Source: Candidatus Thorarchaeota archaeon (GTDB taxonomy: Archaea > Asgardarchaeota > Thorarchaeia > Thorarchaeales > Thorarchaeaceae). Taken from it: a stretch of 55,061 nt of DNA. Below, piece after piece: positions 29,565 through 38,932 of the stretch; positions within the stretch are counted from its first letter, which is position 1, and the number at the start of each line of letters is the position of its first letter. The DNA is taken from contig JASFEF010000004.1 in NCBI GenBank assembly GCA_050124975.1, forward strand, positions 1 to 55,061, written 5' to 3'. The position numbers and the translations under genes were made by a program. The notes below the pieces were generated by a model, which saw only the letters and a list, made by a program, of their open reading frames with translations, was not told the DNA's origin and did no database searches.

Positions 29565-31870
29565 TGCCTATAATTTACATTGATGGTAAGAAAATCGAGT
29601 TTGACGGAAAGGGTGAGTCAATACTCGATGTGGCTCGAGCTGCTGGAATCTACATCCCAACATTGTGCGACCATGACGAGCTTGAGTCATACGGTGGTTG
29701 CAGACTCTGCATCGTTCAGGTTGAAGGAATGAGAGGTTTCCCACCAGCATGCACGACTGCTGCTAAAGATGGTATGAAGGTCACGACCTCAACTGATGAC
29801 CTTATGGAGCTAAAACGAAACATCCTGCAACTCCTATTAATGGAGCACCCGAGTGCATGTATTATCTGTGAGGAAACTGAGAGATGCACTGAGTATCGAC
29901 CTCAGCCATACAAGTCAGGAAGTGTCACAGGCTGTACCACTTGTCCAAACAGGTATATCTGCGATCTTCGCAGTGTTGTTGAGAATCTCGGTATCAAAGA
30001 ACTCGACTATGAACCGCAGTACAAGAAGGTCCCTGTCGAGAGGAATGATCCCTTCTTTGATCGAGACTACAATCTCTGTATCCTATGTGCTAGGTGTATC
30101 AGGGTCTGCGATGATGTAAGAGGAACCTCAGCAATCACATTCGCCAATAGAGGACATGAAACAAGGGTCGACACTGCATTTGGTGGGTCGCACATAGACA
30201 GTGGATGCTGGTTCTGTGGAGCATGTATTGATGTTTGTCCCACTGGTTCACTCTACCCAAGACTCACAAAGTGGACAGGAGCACCAGACTCAGTAGAGGA
30301 AACGACTTGCACACTCTGTGGAATGGGTTGTCAAGTAGAGTTCGACTTGAAGTGGGAGAGGATTATGAGCTCCCGGCCAGGAAAACCTGAGAGTCTGCCC
30401 AACAATCACCACATGTGTGTCTTGGGAAGGTTCTGTATTCCATCTCTCGTAAACGCTCCTGATAGGATTAAAATGCCATTCCTCTTGAGGAATGGTGAAC
30501 ACATACCAATCTCTTGGGAAGCAGCCACTGAAGAGGTGGCTAGAGTGCTCTCAGAGGCAGACCCAGAGAAGATTGGTTTCATTGGAAGTCCTAGCCTAAG
30601 TACTGAGTCAGCATATACCTTAACGAAACTTGCACGAGTCGCAGTCAAGAGCTCTAACATTGATTTCAGAGGTTCAGACTTCCCAGCACTCATTCACAAG
30701 GAACTAGCCGTCGCAGAGGACTTTATGAGAATTAGAACTCTTGATTATCTCAATGAAGTCGATTGGATCATCTCAGTGGGAGGTGACTTCGTCAAGAACC
30801 ATCAGGTAGTGGCGAAGATTGTCTACAAAGAAGTCAGAGAGGGCACACCATTAATCGTTCTAGGAGAGGTTGGTCAGAACCTCCAGAGGTGGGCCACAGA
30901 GTATGTTGCTCTAGCTCCAAAGAATTTCGGGAAAGTTCTCTCAAAACTTGCAGAAAGTGATAACAAACTACCTGGAGTTGACTCATCACAGGCTGAACGA
31001 ATGGTAAAGATCACACAGAACGGTAAAGGCGCAATTCTTGTGGGATCACGTATTTTCGAATCATCTCAACCTGGTGAAGTGCTTCGTGCATTGGTCAGAG
31101 TCGCTGGTGATGATGGCGCAATATTCCCACTCTATCCTCTGGGTAATGAAGCAGGTGTCATCAAGGCGGGACTTCGTCCAGAACTACTGCCTGGACCAAC
31201 ATCTGTCACGGAAAAGGATGCAAGATTACAGGTTGAGAAGACTTGGGGAGGAGGGAATGTTGCTGATGGTCTAGACATATCTGAGATGCGTCAGAAGGCC
31301 AAGAAGGGAGACCTGGATGTCCTCTACATTACCGACGGTTCAGTCCCACTTGATGAATTTGAGAAAGTTCCAATAATCATTTACCAGTCACCATATCCAT
31401 CTGATTGGGTCGACAAGGCAACCGTTATTCTTCCATCAACAACATTTGTCGAAGAGAACGGGACATTCGTCAACCTTGAATTGAGGACTCTGAATCTTGT
31501 ATCACTCGCCAAAGCTCCTGGGACAGCAAAAGAAGACTGGAATATATTCACAGAGATTGGCAACAAAATACTAGGCAAAGGATTTGGATTTGTCAAGGCA
31601 AGTGATGTGTGGGATGAACTCTCTCGTTTCACGAGAAATATCGAGGTTGGAGGTCAGGCTCAAAGAGCTTCATGGAAACCAGCAACCACAGATGAGAGCG
31701 AGTGGAATCCGAAGTACCGTGGAGCCACCATTGCAAATCGTATTGAGGACTTAGCGAACTTCATGGAGAAGCTACCTGAACGTGATACCACACCTTCAAA
31801 GCTAAGTCTTGAGGAGCTGGTGAAACACGTCGAGAAAGAACGCAAGCGTAAATCGCAGGAGGTTGTCTGA
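29564..31870 (+). CDS. NuoG/FdhA-like multi-Fe-S subunit with a degenerate molybdopterin-oxidoreductase body
   Basis: IPTLC..CRLC, HxxxCxxC, CILCARC, CWFCGAC, CTLCGMGC...C. SNIDFRGSDF replaces the FDH NNVD..ARx(C/U)H metal-ligand motif. Confidence 0.85.
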   Translation: MPIIYIDGKKIEFDGKGESILDVARAAGIYIPTLCDHDELESYGGCRLCIVQVEGMRGFPPACTTAAKDGMKVTTSTDDLMELKRNILQLLLMEHPSACIICEETERCTEYRPQPYKSGSVTGCTTCPNRYICDLRSVVENLGIKELDYEPQYKKVPVERNDPFFDRDYNLCILCARCIRVCDDVRGTSAITFANRGHETRVDTAFGGSHIDSGCWFCGACIDVCPTGSLYPRLTKWTGAPDSVEETTCTLCGMGCQVEFDLKWERIMSSRPGKPESLPNNHHMCVLGRFCIPSLVNAPDRIKMPFLLRNGEHIPISWEAATEEVARVLSEADPEKIGFIGSPSLSTESAYTLTKLARVAVKSSNIDFRGSDFPALIHKELAVAEDFMRIRTLDYLNEVDWIISVGGDFVKNHQVVAKIVYKEVREGTPLIVLGEVGQNLQRWATEYVALAPKNFGKVLSKLAESDNKLPGVDSSQAERMVKITQNGKGAILVGSRIFESSQPGEVLRALVRVAGDDGAIFPLYPLGNEAGVIKAGLRPELLPGPTSVTEKDARLQVEKTWGGGNVADGLDISEMRQKAKKGDLDVLYITDGSVPLDEFEKVPIIIYQSPYPSDWVDKATVILPSTTFVEENGTFVNLELRTLNLVSLAKAPGTAKEDWNIFTEIGNKILGKGFGFVKASDVWDELSRFTRNIEVGGQAQRASWKPATTDESEWNPKYRGATIANRIEDLANFMEKLPERDTTPSKLSLEELVKHVEKERKRKSQEVV

Positions 31871-31871
31871 A

Positions 31872-32744
31872 ATGGCAGGCAAGGTTCTCATTAATGAACA
31901 GGTTGTTCCCAACGTACATAGACTCGTACTTGAAGCACCGAGAATCGCACAACGTGCGCAGCCAGGGCAGTTCATTATGATCATCCCCGATGCGGAAGGA
32001 GAGCGTGTTCCATTCACTCTCTCAGATTGGGACACTGAGGCTGGAACAATCACGATCTTCTATCAAGAGGCAGGGGTCTCCACTATGAAGCTCACAGCAA
32101 TGAAGCCTGGAGAGAGTGTCAACGTTGTTGTGGGGCCTCTCGGTAGACCCACTAAGATAGAGAAACATGGTACTGTCCTTGTGGGTGGTGGTTGTTATGG
32201 ACTTGGAGCTATATACCCCCTCGCTAAAGCATTCAAAGAAGCCGGGAACAAAGTGATCGCGATGCTCGAAGCCAGGACCACCTACATTGTCTACAATGAG
32301 GAGAAACTCCGTGAGGTCACTGACGAGATCATTGTTGTCACTGCAGATGGCTCTCGAGGTGTCACTGGACACATCAAGGATGGAATGAAGTTCCTTGAAG
32401 AGAGGAATGAGAAGATAGACCATGCTCACTTTGTTGGATGCACTTTCATGATGATGTTGTCAGCTGAGGCAACCAAACCCTATGGCATTCCAACAGTTGT
32501 AAGTCTGAACACACTGATGGTCGATGGAACTGGAATGTGTGGGGTTTGTCGTGTCCTTGTTGATGGTCAAACAAAGTTTGCGTGCGTTGACGGACCCGAT
32601 TTCGATGGGCACTTAGTTGATTGGGACCTGGTTTTTGCTAGAAAGAGAGCATATGAGGGTGAAGAGAACCTCGCGTACCAGTTCTATAAATGCAAGAGAG
32701 ACGGGGCAATCTTGGAATCTACAAAGACACAGGAGGCGGTCTAG
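31872..32744 (+). CDS. nfnA: NfnA/SudB-type FAD/[2Fe-2S] subunit
   Basis: AQPGQF, GERVPFT, VGPLG, MVDGTGMCGVCRV, FACVDGPDFDGH. Start ATG 31872 after a GGAGG SD. Confidence 0.9.
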   Translation: MAGKVLINEQVVPNVHRLVLEAPRIAQRAQPGQFIMIIPDAEGERVPFTLSDWDTEAGTITIFYQEAGVSTMKLTAMKPGESVNVVVGPLGRPTKIEKHGTVLVGGGCYGLGAIYPLAKAFKEAGNKVIAMLEARTTYIVYNEEKLREVTDEIIVVTADGSRGVTGHIKDGMKFLEERNEKIDHAHFVGCTFMMMLSAEATKPYGIPTVVSLNTLMVDGTGMCGVCRVLVDGQTKFACVDGPDFDGHLVDWDLVFARKRAYEGEENLAYQFYKCKRDGAILESTKTQEAV

Positions 32745-34196
32745 ATGAGCAAGAGATCAGACGGTCTGACGCCGAAAGAGAGAATGGCAATTCCGAGAGC
32801 TAAGATGCCAGAACAGAATCCAGATGCTCGTGCATCTAACTTCGAGGAAGTCCCACTAGGACTAACTCCTGAACAGGCCATGGAGGAAGCAAAGAGATGT
32901 CTGGATTGTAGAAAGCAGCCCTGTGTGGGCGGGTGTCCTGTCGGTGTCCAGATTCCTGAGTTCATCGCACTTGTTGGTGAAGGAAAGTTCGTTGAAGCTG
33001 CGCGACTCATTAAGGAAACTAATGTGCTACCTGCTGTGACAGGACGAGTTTGTCCACAGGAAAGTCAATGCGAAGGTGTCTGTACGCTAACTAAGAGATA
33101 CGGTGGGGTTTCCATAGGTGCTCTGGAGAGGTTTGTAGCCGATTACGAGAGAGATAATCACTTAGTTGAGATTCCTCCAAAGCCAAAACAGACTGGCAAG
33201 AAAGTTGCCGTGATTGGTTCAGGTCCCTCAGGACTGACGGTTGCCGGTGACCTGATTCTCGAAGGTCACGAGGTCACAATTTTTGAAGCTCTTCATGAGG
33301 CAGGAGGTGTTCTCGTCTATGGTATCCCTGAGTTCAGACTACCAAAGGAGATAGTCCGTGCAGAGGTTGACTATCTTGCTAAACAAGGAGTCGATATCCA
33401 ACTTAACGCAGTAGTAGGCATGTCAATTTCAATGGAAGAACTCCTAGAGGAGTATGATGCTGTCTATATCGGTGTAGGTGCAGGACTACCAACATTCATG
33501 AGAATTGAGGGTGAAGAGCTGAATGGTGTGTTCTCGGCTAATGAATATCTGACTAGATCCAATCTAATGAAAGGATATCTGTTTCCAGACTATGACTCGC
33601 CTTTACCCCCTGGAAAACACACATGCGTTGTGGGAGGAGGAAACGTCGCAATGGATTCTGCTAGAACAGCTAAAAGACTCGGTGCAGAAGTTACCATCGT
33701 CTATCGTCGTGCACGAGAGCAACTTCCAGCAAGAGCAGATGAGGTTCATCACGCTGAAGAAGAGGGCATCAATTTTCAACTCCTTACAAATCCTGTCAGG
33801 ATAATTGGACGGGATGGCAAAGTCGCTGGAATGGAATGCATCAGAATGGAACTTGGTGAACCAGATGATAGCGGAAGACGTAGACCAATTCCTATCGAAG
33901 GTTCAAATTTCGAGTTCGAATGTGACCAAGTTGTGATTTCGATTGGAGCAGGAGCTAACCCTCTACTTGTCCAGACAATGCCAGATCTTAACCTCAACCG
34001 ATGGGGTTACATCGAGGTTGACAAGAACAATCGTACAAGTATTGAGAAGGTATGGGCTGGTGGCGACATCGTTACAGGCGCAGCTACAGTCATCGAGGCC
34101 ATGGGAGCTGGAAGAATCGCGGCAAGATCTATTCAAGCATACCTGACCGGACAACCTCAGCCTGGAACAGAAGAAGAGCAAGAAGAAACAGAGTGA
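32745..34196 (+). CDS. nfnB: NfnB/SudA (GltD-like) flavoprotein
   Basis: RCLDC..PCVGGCP, GRVCPQESQCE, GSGPSG, YGIPEFRL, GGGNVAMD, GDIVTGAATVI. Confidence 0.9.
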   Translation: MSKRSDGLTPKERMAIPRAKMPEQNPDARASNFEEVPLGLTPEQAMEEAKRCLDCRKQPCVGGCPVGVQIPEFIALVGEGKFVEAARLIKETNVLPAVTGRVCPQESQCEGVCTLTKRYGGVSIGALERFVADYERDNHLVEIPPKPKQTGKKVAVIGSGPSGLTVAGDLILEGHEVTIFEALHEAGGVLVYGIPEFRLPKEIVRAEVDYLAKQGVDIQLNAVVGMSISMEELLEEYDAVYIGVGAGLPTFMRIEGEELNGVFSANEYLTRSNLMKGYLFPDYDSPLPPGKHTCVVGGGNVAMDSARTAKRLGAEVTIVYRRAREQLPARADEVHHAEEEGINFQLLTNPVRIIGRDGKVAGMECIRMELGEPDDSGRRRPIPIEGSNFEFECDQVVISIGAGANPLLVQTMPDLNLNRWGYIEVDKNNRTSIEKVWAGGDIVTGAATVIEAMGAGRIAARSIQAYLTGQPQPGTEEEQEETE

Positions 34197-34202
34197 TTCA
34201 GT

Positions 34203-35939
34203 CTACTCCACATACACTTGACGTACTTCTCTAATGACTAAGCCAGGTAAATCTTTCACCGACTTGATTGGATACACATTTGCACCTGCTTCTTCAAGAG
34301 ATCTATGTGTCATTGTCTTCCTTTTGCCGCTACTACCAATATGGAAAAGAAACAGCTTGTGACCCTTCTTTGTGAGTGACCGAATCGACTCAACAAACTT
34401 GTCCCAGTTGGCAATCTCAGCATCCGTCATCATCAAGACCATGACGTTTGACTCAGCTGAGTCGCAAGCCTTAGCAATCTTCTTGATGGGTACAACTGTA
34501 CCTCCACCCTGATAGGCGAGTAGGATACGCTCAGCTTCAGCTTTTGGGGTTGACCATTTGCTTGATCTACTACCACTCGAGAAATTGATCGCAGCTACCC
34601 GAGACCCCCTTCGCAATGCTACATCCATGGCCGCAAAAGCAGCTACCAGTGCGGTATGATAAGAACCTCTGACAGTTTTGGAGGACATCCCCCATGTCAT
34701 CGAGCCACTAGAGTCAATCACGAGAAGCATGTCGGGAAGTGATTTGGATTGCTCCAATCCCTCAGACATCACCTTCATCCACTTACGCGTTGACATATTT
34801 GGGATGAGTACGGGAAACGCCTGAAGAGACTGTACGATATCTAACTCTTCCATGGGATTACCCATCCTCCATACCTGAGGGGTGAGTGGAGCAAGACCAG
34901 AGAATTTCTTCTCTTCAACATCAAATCTCAACAATCCTTTAGCCTTGGCTCTGTACCAGAATTGTATCCATGATTCTCGAGGATTCCCATATCCAGCAGT
35001 GAGATACACACCCTCCAAGTCCTCTAGATTCCCTCCACGTTGTTCGACCTCCACTGCAAGGTCTTCCATCTCAGCTTCCAAGTCAGAGGGAGCGTCCTTC
35101 TGCATACACCTTCGAGCCATGTCACCATTTCTGACCTCTATTGGACTCCCCATAATGGTGTCAACATCAAGAGGGACCATGATAGTTTTGACACCGCCAT
35201 CATCTACTCCTTCGGTTTCCTTTCCTCCTTTAGCCTTATCAACACCTGGTAGTTGCTCGTTTTCATCCTCAGGCATCCACTTTGCAATGATCTCCGCAAT
35301 CTTCTCACATGCCTTTGGCCATCGTTTCTCATTGTCAATCGACTTGCGAGCTATGTCAGCAATTGTAGTTGCTACCTCAGAGGTTGATTCATCAATCTTA
35401 GCTAAGGCAGGGATAGGAAATCCCCACATAGCGCGATAGGATGCAACAATCAATGTCCAGAGAGGACTGTGTTCTTTCACCCTCATTGCAGAATCATGGA
35501 TTGACTCATTGATTCGATTATGTGTCAAGGAAGGATATCGCTTCAGAAGTTTGGAGTCAACAACAAGGTCGGCAAACAAGTTGCACACGAACATTGCTGT
35601 TGCATCGTTTACTTTCTTTCGGGCAGCAGCAAACATCAGTCCATTGGTGACTCCATCATAGGGACACAGAAGGTAGTGTTGGATCTCGTGGTGGCACACA
35701 GATCTCAGATATGGCTCAGCCTCGTTTGCATCCATATGAAGAGGGACACCTGCAACATTGAGATGAACTGTCCAGTTCTCAGAGTCAATGTAGAAGAAAC
35801 TGGCTGCCTCAATCACATTCTCAATCTCTGGTTCAGGAAGGGGTGGATGATAGAAATCGATGAGAGCCTGTCGCCACGATCGTTGAGCCACTTCAATGAG
35901 TCCATGGTCTTCAGGTGATTTTGTCGAAGTTCTCCACAA
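34203..35939 (-). CDS. vWA (MIDAS) protein with N-terminal HExxH metallopeptidase-like domain
   Basis: HHEIQH, NLFADLVVD, IDSSGSM, GGT, MTDAE. Confidence 0.85.
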   Translation of the reverse strand: MWRTSTKSPEDHGLIEVAQRSWRQALIDFYHPPLPEPEIENVIEAASFFYIDSENWTVHLNVAGVPLHMDANEAEPYLRSVCHHEIQHYLLCPYDGVTNGLMFAAARKKVNDATAMFVCNLFADLVVDSKLLKRYPSLTHNRINESIHDSAMRVKEHSPLWTLIVASYRAMWGFPIPALAKIDESTSEVATTIADIARKSIDNEKRWPKACEKIAEIIAKWMPEDENEQLPGVDKAKGGKETEGVDDGGVKTIMVPLDVDTIMGSPIEVRNGDMARRCMQKDAPSDLEAEMEDLAVEVEQRGGNLEDLEGVYLTAGYGNPRESWIQFWYRAKAKGLLRFDVEEKKFSGLAPLTPQVWRMGNPMEELDIVQSLQAFPVLIPNMSTRKWMKVMSEGLEQSKSLPDMLLVIDSSGSMTWGMSSKTVRGSYHTALVAAFAAMDVALRRGSRVAAINFSSGSRSSKWSTPKAEAERILLAYQGGGTVVPIKKIAKACDSAESNVMVLMMTDAEIANWDKFVESIRSLTKKGHKLFLFHIGSSGKRKTMTHRSLEEAGANVYPIKSVKDLPGLVIREVRQVYVE

Positions 35940-35945
35940 TGAAGA

Positions 35946-37664
35946 TTATCCCCCAATTTGCTGCTCGATTTCTTTCTTCAGTTTCATCGCATCAGTCCCT
36001 CCAGATATCTCAAGAAACACTGCAGAGTCTGGAGAGTCACCAGTAGTGTAAATGACAACAGTGAGACCATCAGTTCTCACAATCTTTCTCTTTGGAGGTG
36101 TGAGGGTTTCTTTCAGGATACTGGTTAGTTTTGGATATTGCAGACTGATTGTTGTCCAGAGATCCTGCCATTGCTCAAAGGTGATGGCAAATTGGGTCAG
36201 TGTGAGTCTATGGAGAGCATCGGACACCTGTTTGAGAAGCATACTCCTGTTAGGGAACTCTGTGTCCGCAAGCAAGTCATCATACACCTTAGTCAGTTCT
36301 TCGACATTCCGATCTTTAATCCCCTTCTCAATATTCTTCACAGTCTTGGTATAGCCAGATCTTCTCAATTCCTTTGCAAATGCAGTGTAGTCCAAACGGA
36401 CAAGAAGGTCACTCTTTGCCATCTCCTTGAGTTCACCCATTGCATCTTTTGCGTCCTTACCCTGCTTCAGCCTCTCCATGATAGCGATTGCGGGAGCACG
36501 CTGTGCAAATCTAGATGAAGCAAGCTCAACAAGATGCTTCGTGTAAGCATAGACATCACCATAATAGGGAGAGCGTTCGAGTTCATCTCTCACTAGTCGA
36601 GTACGATGCCAGAAGACAAGGGGAGCAAGAGATTTGATGATCTCTACGCTAACTTCCTGTGCGCCTACAAGCCAGGCAGCAGCCTTGGAGTATCTGTTGA
36701 GGTCTTTGGCTGCACGCACACTCAGGGGGATTATCACTTTGTTACAGACACTCTTTACAGTGTTGAAGTGACACCCATCACAGAGACCAGTATCAACTGT
36801 TAGTCCTGAGGATTGACTCTTGTCAGCACGGATGCATGCTCCGAACTCTCGAACAAGCGAGCGCATAAATTCAGATGCTTCGGATGAAACATGCACCTTA
36901 TCAGCCAAGTTCCAGATCGTGAGAAGATTTTCTTCGGTGAGTACTGCTGGGACCTGCCAGAGCTCGTCGAATCCAAAGAGACGTTCATCGCGAGCTGCCA
37001 GGATGAGTTCCAAATCGTTCACCGTGGGCATTGTGATTGGAACTGCAAGTCCGAATCTATCTAGAAAGGGGGGACCGATTTCGAATGTTCCTGCATCAGC
37101 AGGATTCAGGGTTGCATAGAGACAGTATTCCTCGCACCGTTTGATTTCGTCGTAGTACTTCACCTCACCTTCTGCTAGAAGGGAGAGCAGAATGTTCTGG
37201 GCATGAGGCGTGAGTCTGTTTACCTCATCGATTATCTTCCAGAAGTCAGTGACAAATCGGCGCCATACAACAATCTCAACCCCTTCCTTCATCAAAGGAC
37301 CAGGTTTCAATGTAGCAACCATCTTCTCTTCTGTCAGTTGTGGATGCCCTCGGAGAATCCCATCCTCAATCTCTTCAAGAGACCTCCCCGTCATCATTCT
37401 TCCTAGCAGTTTTACAAGTGTGGTCTTACCGCCGCCATGACCACCCACCAAAAGCATAGCTGATCTAGGGGCAAGAGCGTTGAGGATGCATGACCCCACA
37501 ATCAACGGGAATCTAGTTGTCTTAACAGACCTCCTCCTTGAACTAGGGTCATTGTACTTGATTTCAAGATCTGACGAGTGAACAAAAAGACCCCTACTCT
37601 CTACTGTGGACATAACATTCAGTACAAGCTCCCGAAGTTTCTCACTCTGACTCATTGGAACCAC
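35946..37664 (-). CDS. MoxR-type AAA+ ATPase with C-terminal extension
   Basis: Walker A GGHGGGKTT, Walker B IIDEVNR, ATLNP, FLDRF, LSVRA. Co-oriented with the vWA gene. Confidence 0.85.
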   Translation of the reverse strand: MVPMSQSEKLRELVLNVMSTVESRGLFVHSSDLEIKYNDPSSRRRSVKTTRFPLIVGSCILNALAPRSAMLLVGGHGGGKTTLVKLLGRMMTGRSLEEIEDGILRGHPQLTEEKMVATLKPGPLMKEGVEIVVWRRFVTDFWKIIDEVNRLTPHAQNILLSLLAEGEVKYYDEIKRCEEYCLYATLNPADAGTFEIGPPFLDRFGLAVPITMPTVNDLELILAARDERLFGFDELWQVPAVLTEENLLTIWNLADKVHVSSEASEFMRSLVREFGACIRADKSQSSGLTVDTGLCDGCHFNTVKSVCNKVIIPLSVRAAKDLNRYSKAAAWLVGAQEVSVEIIKSLAPLVFWHRTRLVRDELERSPYYGDVYAYTKHLVELASSRFAQRAPAIAIMERLKQGKDAKDAMGELKEMAKSDLLVRLDYTAFAKELRRSGYTKTVKNIEKGIKDRNVEELTKVYDDLLADTEFPNRSMLLKQVSDALHRLTLTQFAITFEQWQDLWTTISLQYPKLTSILKETLTPPKRKIVRTDGLTVVIYTTGDSPDSAVFLEISGGTDAMKLKKEIEQQIGG

Positions 37665-37827
37665 CTACCACGAGATATTGTCTGTCTTAACCGTTATGAA
37701 CATAGCACAGAACGGCGCGGAAGTGAATCTGAATATGGAAGATTCAGAATCCGTAAGGTACAAATAACACGTACGTATGGTTCTGGCAACCTGAATAAAC
37801 AGCTGGCTTCGAGTAATACTGACTCTG

Positions 37828-38820
37828 GTGGTTCTGATTTTGGATTTGATTAACTTCCTTGCTCTCACCGTCATCGGAATCGGAGTCGGCATCATAGCTT
37901 CATTGGTTGGAATAAGTGGAGGTGCATTTAAGACTCCGATACTGATCATAGGATTTGGAGTGATTGCTGAGATTGCTGCAGCTTCTTCCTTGATATCGGC
38001 TCTATTTGTTGCTGTGGCAAGCACTATAGGCTACTATAGACAGGATCCTAAGCTAATTGGATTCAAAATTGGTCTTCTGTTTATTTTCACAACAATCCCA
38101 GGTTCATACGTTGGTATCTTACTTAGGACTTACATTGCTGACAGAGAGATGCTTCAGTTCATCTTTGGTGTGGTTCTCTTTCCAGTTGCAGTGAAATTAC
38201 TTCTTGCACTGCCACAGACTCGAGATCAGGAGAAACAAGAAATACGGGCACCACCTTTCTACCAATTGGGTGCGAAGAAAGTGCTGATCGCTGTTCTTGC
38301 AGCGTTCTTCGCAGGTGTACTGGCAGGTTTCATAGGTCTGGGCGGGGGTACTGTCATCGTACCAGTATTGTGCATGTTACTAGAGTTTCCCATGATTGCT
38401 GCAGCTGCGACATCTATGTTCACAATGATGTTCACCTCTTCAGCGGGGACCATTATTAATTTCGCATTCATACATCAAAGTGAGTACCTGTTCACATTCC
38501 TGTTCTATGGATTAGCATTAGGGATAGGTACACTTCTTGGAGGATCCATTGGATCAAGATCTGCATACAAGGTAGAAACAGCACAACTTCAGAGGCTCTT
38601 TGGATTCCTTCTCATTTTCCCACTGGTTACGATGATGAGATTGGGACAGTTCTGGTTTGACCCAACAGGCTCAGATTACTTCTTAATCACAACTGGAAAC
38701 ATAATCATCTGGTTGATACTTGGAATCCCAATTTGGTTACTGGCAACACATTACATAACTCCTCGAAAAAGGAGAGAGAAACAAAGCATCACAGACGAAA
38801 CATCACCATCAACTGGATGA
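37828..38820 (+). CDS. TauE/SafE (TSUP) family permease
   Basis: Duplicated GISGG..P / GLGGG...VP motifs, A.ATS, about 9 TM segments. Confidence 0.85.
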   Translation: MVLILDLINFLALTVIGIGVGIIASLVGISGGAFKTPILIIGFGVIAEIAAASSLISALFVAVASTIGYYRQDPKLIGFKIGLLFIFTTIPGSYVGILLRTYIADREMLQFIFGVVLFPVAVKLLLALPQTRDQEKQEIRAPPFYQLGAKKVLIAVLAAFFAGVLAGFIGLGGGTVIVPVLCMLLEFPMIAAAATSMFTMMFTSSAGTIINFAFIHQSEYLFTFLFYGLALGIGTLLGGSIGSRSAYKVETAQLQRLFGFLLIFPLVTMMRLGQFWFDPTGSDYFLITTGNIIIWLILGIPIWLLATHYITPRKRREKQSITDETSPSTG

Positions 38821-38932
38821 TACTCAAACCATACTTGCATAATATTGAACGGCGCGAAACTATACCTCGTTCGAAGACATAATATGCCTTCAGACGAACG
38901 ACCGAGAAGCCAGCAGTCAGTGGGGTTGAAAG

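Noticed and set aside
29564-31870. Selenocysteine formate dehydrogenase or [FeFe]-hydrogenase
   Set aside because: No in-frame TGA, no Cys/Sec-His ligand motif, no H-cluster motifs.
32745-34196. Glutamate synthase
   Set aside because: No large subunit nearby; pairing with an NfnA/SudB gene indicates Nfn.
37665-38024. 119 aa minus-strand ORF upstream of MoxR
   Set aside because: Mostly the antisense shadow of the hydrophobic tauE gene.
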